DNA of 64,000 nucleotides, from the NCBI GenBank assembly GCA_964473825.1, contig CAYYQL010000001.1, forward strand, positions 160,001 through 224,000. Direction: 5' to 3'. The translations under genes and the position numbers were made by a program. The stretch is from an uncultured archaeon. Lineage in GTDB: Archaea; Asgardarchaeota; Thorarchaeia; Thorarchaeales; Thorarchaeaceae. Shown here piece by piece: positions 58,130-64,000 of the stretch. Every line of letters starts with the position of its first letter. Position 1 is the stretch's first letter. The notes under the pieces were generated by a model that saw only the letters and a list, made by a program, of their open reading frames with translations, was not told the origin of the DNA and made no database searches.

Positions 58130-58964
58130 TCTGCGAGAGCGCATTCATACAGTCCTTCAGTTTGAGAGAGAGAGCTCGTACCGATTTCCCTCGATTGTTG
58201 CAGTGTTGTGTGTGTTTATTGCAGTAGGCATCCATGCCGCAGTGACTCACAACTATTTCAACTTCGACATACGTATGGATCAGACCCCGGCGCCAGGGTC
58301 TGCTGACCGGCTGGAGTACTTCTCTGAGCTCATTCTAACCCATGGCCTTGCAGTGCTGGGAAGCTGTGTGTCGAACTGTGTCTTTGTCCTTATCCTCTTG
58401 GTGCCCTTGTTGGTGGCCTACAACTTCACCACAGGATATAGTTCAGGCCTGATGCAGACGCTGTTGACCTATCCCATAAGCCGTGCGAGTCTCCTCCTGA
58501 TGAAGTTCCTTCCCATCTTCCTCCTTGTTTCATGTTCGGCCTGCCTTGGCAGTCTGGCCGGGGTCTTCTTCTTCGTCCCTGTGGCTCCCGACCTTGGGCA
58601 TACCCTGCTCCTCCTCCTCTCCATCTGGACCCTTGCACTACTGATGGTGTCAGTGGCTGGACTTGTTGCTGTCATCTCGAGGAATGCACTTGTGACCTCC
58701 TTTGGGTGTGTATCGCTCTGGTTCATGGCCTTCATCGGAGTGACCAGTCCGGAAACAGATGAACTGGTGAAGATGGTACTCTTTCCCCCGTTCGCCGCTG
58801 CCAACTACGCTGCCAACTATGATGGTATGTTTTCTTGGTGGGCAGGACTGTTCGAAACCGAACTTGTACTGACAGATGTCCTGACTGGGATGGTCCTGTC
58901 ATGTGCATTAGCACTCCTGCTCCTGCTTTTGAGCCATGTCATCTTCAAGTACACGGGAGTGTGA
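58122..58964 (+). CDS. ABC-2 type exporter permease
   Basis: G.MQTLLTYPISR..LLLMKF motif; about 6 TM segments; overlaps ATPase stop. Confidence 0.85.
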   Translation: MSSLRERIHTVLQFERESSYRFPSIVAVLCVFIAVGIHAAVTHNYFNFDIRMDQTPAPGSADRLEYFSELILTHGLAVLGSCVSNCVFVLILLVPLLVAYNFTTGYSSGLMQTLLTYPISRASLLLMKFLPIFLLVSCSACLGSLAGVFFFVPVAPDLGHTLLLLLSIWTLALLMVSVAGLVAVISRNALVTSFGCVSLWFMAFIGVTSPETDELVKMVLFPPFAAANYAANYDGMFSWWAGLFETELVLTDVLTGMVLSCALALLLLLLSHVIFKYTGV

Positions 58965-58971
58965 TTAGAGA

Positions 58972-59502
58972 GTGAGAGAGAGAGTATCAAAGATGGCGGT
59001 CTTTGGGGGAGTCTTTCTGGTGGTTCTATCGTTCTTGTCTGGAACGTATCTACTCTCCTACGGGATCTCATCGGATGATGGAGAGCATGTGGGCCTCCTT
59101 GTGATGCACACAGGTGATCTCTTTGTCCGTGCCAAGGGAAATGGTGATGATACGTTTTCTTTACACCTGTTTGACTTTGAAGTTGGAGCCACAGTTTGGA
59201 AGGAGGGCTCAATGGACAACGTCACTGCCTTGGCCTCTATAGAGCATGTCAATGAGTTTGTGGGAGTGGTACACCTTCCTTCATCTGGTGCGTATCTTCT
59301 TGTGGTGACGCTGGACGATGACAACACATCAAGACGCAAGAGTGTATCCATGACAATCTGGCGAGCAACACCACACCTCAGAGTGCTCTGGACTGGGACA
59401 CTGCTTGTAGTGGCTGGTATAGTCGTCAATCCCAATCTGGTGAGAAATCCCTGGAGGAGGATGAAGAGTAGGTGGGAGGTACCCATGATACCGGGAGCTT
59501 GA
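58972..59502 (+). CDS. Membrane protein with N- and C-terminal TM helices and a small extracellular domain
   Basis: Hydrophobic ends; co-oriented, 7 bp after the permease. Confidence 0.7.
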   Translation: MRERVSKMAVFGGVFLVVLSFLSGTYLLSYGISSDDGEHVGLLVMHTGDLFVRAKGNGDDTFSLHLFDFEVGATVWKEGSMDNVTALASIEHVNEFVGVVHLPSSGAYLLVVTLDDDNTSRRKSVSMTIWRATPHLRVLWTGTLLVVAGIVVNPNLVRNPWRRMKSRWEVPMIPGA

Positions 59503-59538
59503 CACAAAGAACCTTACGCTTCTCCGATTGACCGGTAT

Positions 59539-59757
59539 CTAGATCAAGATGTTGTAGCAATGAGCATCACAAGGCGTCTTCTCTTTATGAGGCCGCCAGA
59601 ACACTGCCCATTTCTCATCAACTATGGACAGAAGTATATAGTACTTCTGCTTTCTCAGTTCGGTGACCAGCTCTCTGGTGTCAGCAAGTGAGTCAAAGAG
59701 CTCAGCAAGACGAAATACCTCTCCGCCTATACGTCGCCATCGCCACTCAACTGTCAT
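59539..59757 (-). CDS. Small hypothetical protein
   Basis: 72-aa ORF with ATG start filling the intergenic gap; protein-like composition. Confidence 0.55.
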   Translation of the reverse strand: MTVEWRWRRIGGEVFRLAELFDSLADTRELVTELRKQKYYILLSIVDEKWAVFWRPHKEKTPCDAHCYNILI

Positions 59758-59832
59758 GAGTATATCTGTTGATCGAGCCTAATAACTAGCACGCAGTCTG
59801 TGAGTGGTAATCGAGTATTGCTCTGTTTCCAG

Positions 59833-59861
59833 AAAAAAGGAGGAGGTGGCACAAGGCCACC
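59833..59861 (-). terminator. Hairpin plus T tract downstream of the hppA remnant
   Basis: Minus strand GGTGGC-cttgt-GCCACC-tcctcc-TTTTTT. Confidence 0.65.
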
Positions 59862-59874
59862 ATCTAGTCTAGTC

Positions 59875-60869
59875 CTATTGTTCGTGGATCTCTGTCCGTA
59901 CTTCCATATCGGCGCCGGAGCCTGCCTCTGCTCTGCTCCTACGAATGGCCCAATAGGTCATTGGCAAGAGGATCAAGAGGACACCTAGAAGAGCAAGGTT
60001 GACCTTCATTTCAGCGCCGCACCGGAAAGTGACCATGAGGGGAGCAAGGATGAGAAACACAAGATTCACGACCTTGAGCATGGGCCAAGAGCCGGACCAG
60101 CAGTGTCCTTGAAGGTCACTGATAGTGTCGCCAATAACACCACACTGGTCACGCTCCCAGCCTTTGCCAAGGTGTTTCTCAGGAGCACAGGGCGGTCTTC
60201 GATGTACTTCTCGGCGTTGTCCCATGCGCCACCACCGTGGGACATGTGCACAGCTAGGAGCTGTCCGGACACGATGATTCTGCCGAGGAATCCACCCAGA
60301 GCCTCGACACCAAACAGAATCCCTAAAATGAGGGGTATCGAGGTGGTAATGGCTGAGAGGGCGATGACCTCCTTCTGAGTCGCACTCGTTGAGATGTCCA
60401 CAGCACGATCATAGTCTGGTTCCTTCGTGCCCTCCAGGATTGCGGGTATCTTGAACTGGCGTCGGATATCCTGACCATCTGACCCGCTGCACGTGAGACC
60501 GCCTTGATGTTCAGAGCTGAGAACAACCATGGGAGCACAGCACCAAGGAGTAGCCCAGAGAACACAGTTGGGCTGTCCAGGAGCAGGTGGTGAAGCCCGC
60601 CGATGACCAATAGGTTTCAAACAGACTCACCGCAGCAATGACAGCAGCATTCCGTGGGTCGTCCTCAGGATGCGCTGTTCCACCTTGCCCACAAGGTCTG
60701 CACCAACATCTGCCGTCTTGATATAGATTCCTCCACCTACTCGCATGAACAGGGCTAGGAGTGTGCGTCCGAGTCCAAAGCCGAGGAGAGCATCTGGACT
60801 AGTCAAAGACGTGCCGCCAACATAGGCGAATCTTAAATATGCCAGAATAGACTTGGGAATCATAAACAC
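59875..60869 (-). pseudogene. hppA: Eroded membrane-integral H+/Na+-translocating pyrophosphatase
   Basis: Motifs split across frames: [20 protein letters not shown] | [12 protein letters not shown] | LPWLFSA | IRRQF..PDY..GGAWDNAEKYIE | GDT | KDTAGP; about 1 kb remains. Confidence 0.92.
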
Positions 60870-60884
60870 CGCGAGGCTACTGTC

Positions 60885-61556
60885 ATGGAAGTCATCATCT
60901 CCCCATCAATTCTCTCTGCAGACTTCGCTCGACTCGAAGAAGACATACGTAAGGCGGAGAAGGGAGAACCCGACTATTTCCATCTTGATATCATGGACGG
61001 TCACTTTGTGCCAAACATCTCCTATGGACCAATGATCGCAGAAACGATGAATAGAATCACAGACAAACCCCTCGATGCCCATCTCATGATCACGAATCCA
61101 GACAAGTACATCCCCAAGTTTGTTGATGCCGGAGTAGAGCTGATCTATCCACATGCAGAGGCATCATATGATGTCTACAGGACGGTGCAGCTGATTGTTC
61201 ACGAAGGAGCAAAGGCCGGAATCACCCTGAATCCCGGCTCTCCCGTCGAACGGGTTGTTCCCCTGCTCGATTTGATCGACTCGGTCCTGATTATGAGCGT
61301 CTGCCCTGGATTTGGGGGGCAGAGATTCATCGAGTCATCCATTACTCGGATCAAGAAGCTCAGGCACATCTTGGATGATGAAAAGCCTGAAGTGAAGATT
61401 GCTGTCGATGGAGGAGTGACTATGGCGAACATAGGGGCCCTGCATGCTGCAGGTGCTGAGTTCTTCATTGCAGGATCTTCGGTATTCAAAGCAAAAGACA
61501 TAGCTCAAGCTGTCAGGGACCTGAGAAATGCTGCAAAGAATTGGTCACCGGACTAG
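60885..61556 (+). CDS. rpe: Ribulose-phosphate 3-epimerase
   Basis: [45 protein letters not shown]. Confidence 0.97.
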   Translation: MEVIISPSILSADFARLEEDIRKAEKGEPDYFHLDIMDGHFVPNISYGPMIAETMNRITDKPLDAHLMITNPDKYIPKFVDAGVELIYPHAEASYDVYRTVQLIVHEGAKAGITLNPGSPVERVVPLLDLIDSVLIMSVCPGFGGQRFIESSITRIKKLRHILDDEKPEVKIAVDGGVTMANIGALHAAGAEFFIAGSSVFKAKDIAQAVRDLRNAAKNWSPD

Positions 61557-61653
61557 GCTAGACTGGAATCACCAAAATGAATATCATCTGACAATTCTAC
61601 CACCAAAGACAAGAAGATATAACCAACCTTCGGAAACATAAGAGTTGATAGCG

Positions 61654-62298
61654 ATGAAGTTCTTCATAGACACCGCAAACGTCGAGGCCATCAGGCAAGC
61701 ACATGAGAGAGGTATGGTTGACGGGGTGACCACAAACCCGTCCCTTGTAGCAAAAGAAGGCCGCAATTTCAGGGAGATTGTGGATGAGATTGCTTCTTTT
61801 GTTGACGGACCTATCAGTCTCGAAGTGATCAGTGAAGACTCCGATGGCATGATCGAGGAAGCTCGAGAACTGAACACTTGGATAGACAATGCAGCCATCA
61901 AGATTCCAATGACTTGGGAGGGCTTGAAAGCCGTCAAGGTTCTCTCAGATGAGGGAATCCATACAAACGTCACCTTGTGTTTCAGCCCAAATCAAGCGCT
62001 CCTCGCCGCCAAGGCTGGGGCATCCTTCGTGTCCCCCTTCATTGGTCGTTTGGATGATATCGGTCACGTTGGCATGCAAATAGTTGTTGACATTGCAGAA
62101 ATATACAGCAACTACGCATTTGATACTGAGATTATCGTGGCTAGCATCAGACATCCAGTACATGTCTATGAGGCTGCAGTTGTCGGCGCGGATATCGCCA
62201 CAATACCCCCTACAGTGCTTGACAAGATGATCAATCATCCCCTCACGGATGTTGGTATCAAGCGATTTCTTGATGATTGGAAAAAAGCCAAGAAATGA
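61654..62298 (+). CDS. tal: Transaldolase / fructose-6-phosphate aldolase family protein
   Basis: [21 protein letters not shown] (Schiff-base Lys), NVTLCFS, SPFIGR, ASIR, HPLTD. Confidence 0.93.
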   Translation: MKFFIDTANVEAIRQAHERGMVDGVTTNPSLVAKEGRNFREIVDEIASFVDGPISLEVISEDSDGMIEEARELNTWIDNAAIKIPMTWEGLKAVKVLSDEGIHTNVTLCFSPNQALLAAKAGASFVSPFIGRLDDIGHVGMQIVVDIAEIYSNYAFDTEIIVASIRHPVHVYEAAVVGADIATIPPTVLDKMINHPLTDVGIKRFLDDWKKAKK

Positions 62299-62464
62299 GC
62301 GGTCCTCTAAGGGCAGAATGACTCGAGCAAAATGGTATCTTGCCAAGAGCTTGATTACGCAAAGTCACCCATCAGCAGATATTCTGCCTCCATGACGGTT
62401 TCGGGCGACTATGCATCAAGAATATAAACTAAGAGTACATGATAGCTGACCAGTGTGTTCTCAA

Positions 62465-64000
62465 ATGGAGCTTGAAGCAGACCTCGTGGTAATCAACGGG
62501 AAAGTCGTGACGATGAACCCCGAGAATCCAGATGCTACCGCCATGGCCGTGAAGAACTACAAGTTCTTGGTGGTTGGTGACGATGACTCCGTGATTGATC
62601 TTGTGGGAACTGCAAAACGGGTTGTTGACCTAGGAGGGAAGACTGTAGTTCCAGGGTTTGTCGATGCTCACACACACATAACCTATGCAGGCATGAGATC
62701 ATCCCACATCGACCTTGAAGATGCAAGGTCGATTGACGAAGTCAAGAAGATTTTGAAGAATGCGCTTCCACGTTACAGTCCCGGGGAATGGATCAGGGGT
62801 TACAATTGGGATGAAAGCAAATGGAAAGAGAGCAGATACATCACTGCTGAAGACCTTGACGAGGTTTCCACAGAACACCCTATAGCCATCGACAGAGTCG
62901 ATATGCATCTCACAAGCGCGAACAACTTTGCTCTTCGGGAGTTCAATCTGCCGTCAGAGAGCGAGGGGGTCATGACTGACGAAGATGGGAAACCGACCGG
63001 GGTCCTGAAAGACATAGTTGGGCTCTTCGGCGAGGCTGAACCCGCCTCACATAATCTTCAGGATGCAGTCTGTGCAGCGACGCGCCTTGCGAACAGGTAC
63101 GGAATAACGACAGCAGTTGACAACATCCAGTCGGGCTTTCTCAAAGCAATTCGTGATTGCGAACGTAAGGAGCTCCTGACTGCACGGCTTGTTGTAAACC
63201 CTCGTGTTGAGAATCTGGAACACATGATAGCACTCGGCATTACATCAGGCCTAGGCGGACCAATGGTACGCATCGGAGGAGTGAAGCTATTTGTGGATGG
63301 GTCCATTGGAGCCCGAACGGCCGCAGTCTCGGAACCGTACAAAGATGACCCCAAGAACACGGGCAAGATGTTCATGTCAGAGGATGAGCTTCGGGATATC
63401 TTCTCCAAAGCAGTAGAACATGGGATTCAGACACTAACTCATGCTATCGGAGATGCCGCAATCGAAACTGTCCTGAATGCGTTTGAATCACTGGATGAAG
63501 AACAGAAGGCGCATATTCGAGGCCAGAGACACAGGATAGAACATGCCGAGATGATATCCGAGTACCAAATCAGAAGAGCAGTGAGCCTCGGGGTCATCCT
63601 TTCAATGCAGCCCAACTTCGTTGGACAGTGGCAGCTCGAGGGCGGGCTCTATGAGAAACGCTTTGATGAAGAACGTGTTCGAGGGATGAATATGTTCAGA
63701 GTTGCTCTTGATAATGGCGCAAGAGTTGCCTTTGGATCTGATGGAATGCCCTATGGTCCTCTCTATGGTATCTGGGCATCTGCAACCCATCCAAATGATC
63801 GCGTTCGCCTCACAGTCGAAGAGGCACTCAGGTGCTATACTCTCGAGGGAGCATACTCTTCATTCATGGAACGGATTGCAGGAAGCATTCAAGTAGGAAA
63901 GAGGGCGGACTTTGTCGTTCTATCCGACCATATCCTCGAGTGCCCACCAGACAAGATTAAGGATATTCGAGTCGAAAGCACCTTCGTTGGTGGAATCGAA
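62465..64000 (+). CDS. Amidohydrolase_3 (YtcJ-like) metal-dependent hydrolase, 3'-truncated by window edge and absent from the ORF track
   Basis: Open frame from ATG 62465: MELEADLVVINGKVVTM, DLGGKTVVPGFVDAHTH, KLFVDGSIGARTA, HAIGD, HRIEHA, FGSD, GKRADFVVL. Confidence 0.93.
   Translation, partial: MELEADLVVINGKVVTMNPENPDATAMAVKNYKFLVVGDDDSVIDLVGTAKRVVDLGGKTVVPGFVDAHTHITYAGMRSSHIDLEDARSIDEVKKILKNALPRYSPGEWIRGYNWDESKWKESRYITAEDLDEVSTEHPIAIDRVDMHLTSANNFALREFNLPSESEGVMTDEDGKPTGVLKDIVGLFGEAEPASHNLQDAVCAATRLANRYGITTAVDNIQSGFLKAIRDCERKELLTARLVVNPRVENLEHMIALGITSGLGGPMVRIGGVKLFVDGSIGARTAAVSEPYKDDPKNTGKMFMSEDELRDIFSKAVEHGIQTLTHAIGDAAIETVLNAFESLDEEQKAHIRGQRHRIEHAEMISEYQIRRAVSLGVILSMQPNFVGQWQLEGGLYEKRFDEERVRGMNMFRVALDNGARVAFGSDGMPYGPLYGIWASATHPNDRVRLTVEEALRCYTLEGAYSSFMERIAGSIQVGKRADFVVLSDHILECPPDKIKDIRVESTFVGGIE

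Noticed and set aside
13-63896. Many short antisense or alternate-frame ORFs in the ORF track
   Set aside because: They overlap well-supported genes and lack motifs; treated as shadow ORFs
1-64000. CRISPR arrays, tRNA/rRNA genes, IS elements or integrase at island ends
   Set aside because: No regularly spaced repeats, tRNA cloverleaf, transposase/integrase ORF or flanking direct repeats found by eye; short att sites could be missed

Overview
Archaeal window: it encodes an archaeal TFB, a group 3b [NiFe] hydrogenase and an ADP-forming acetate-CoA ligase. The mix of a Tat-less reductive dehalogenase, MutS1, rpe/transaldolase and many peptide-processing genes fits an Asgard (Thorarchaeia-like) genome; that assignment is inference. 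Layout: (1) the tail of a feoB-feoC-like-dtxR iron locus (1-2054). (2) A ~28 kb accessory metabolic island (2123-30467) with a Dpp/Opp ABC transporter, two paralogous MFS transporters, three C45 Ntn-hydrolases, two MmgE/PrpD proteins, an aspartate-dehydrogenase-like enzyme, three PLP enzymes of three different families, M19/M20/M14/M24 hydrolase homologues, a cupin and several DUF proteins. Many of these enzymes carry substitutions at family-defining catalytic or metal-ligand positions, and the island promoters share a GAATAT/ATATTC motif, so this is the best candidate for an undescribed pathway. (3) A tandem-wHTH/nuclease-fold gene at the island edge. (4) Core-like genes: class V aminotransferase, tfb, NUDIX plus two macrodomains, NADH oxidase, tldD/pmbA, hydBGDA, SSB, 2-PG kinase-like, acdA, a reductive dehalogenase fused to an RLI-like Fe-S domain, and mutS. 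(5) A decaying variable segment (54883-60880) with a surface-protein remnant, a secreted-protein/ABC-exporter cassette and an eroded hppA pseudogene. (6) rpe, transaldolase and a 3'-truncated amidohydrolase. No tRNA, rRNA, CRISPR array or transposase was recognised. All family calls come from motif recognition by eye, not from database searches.
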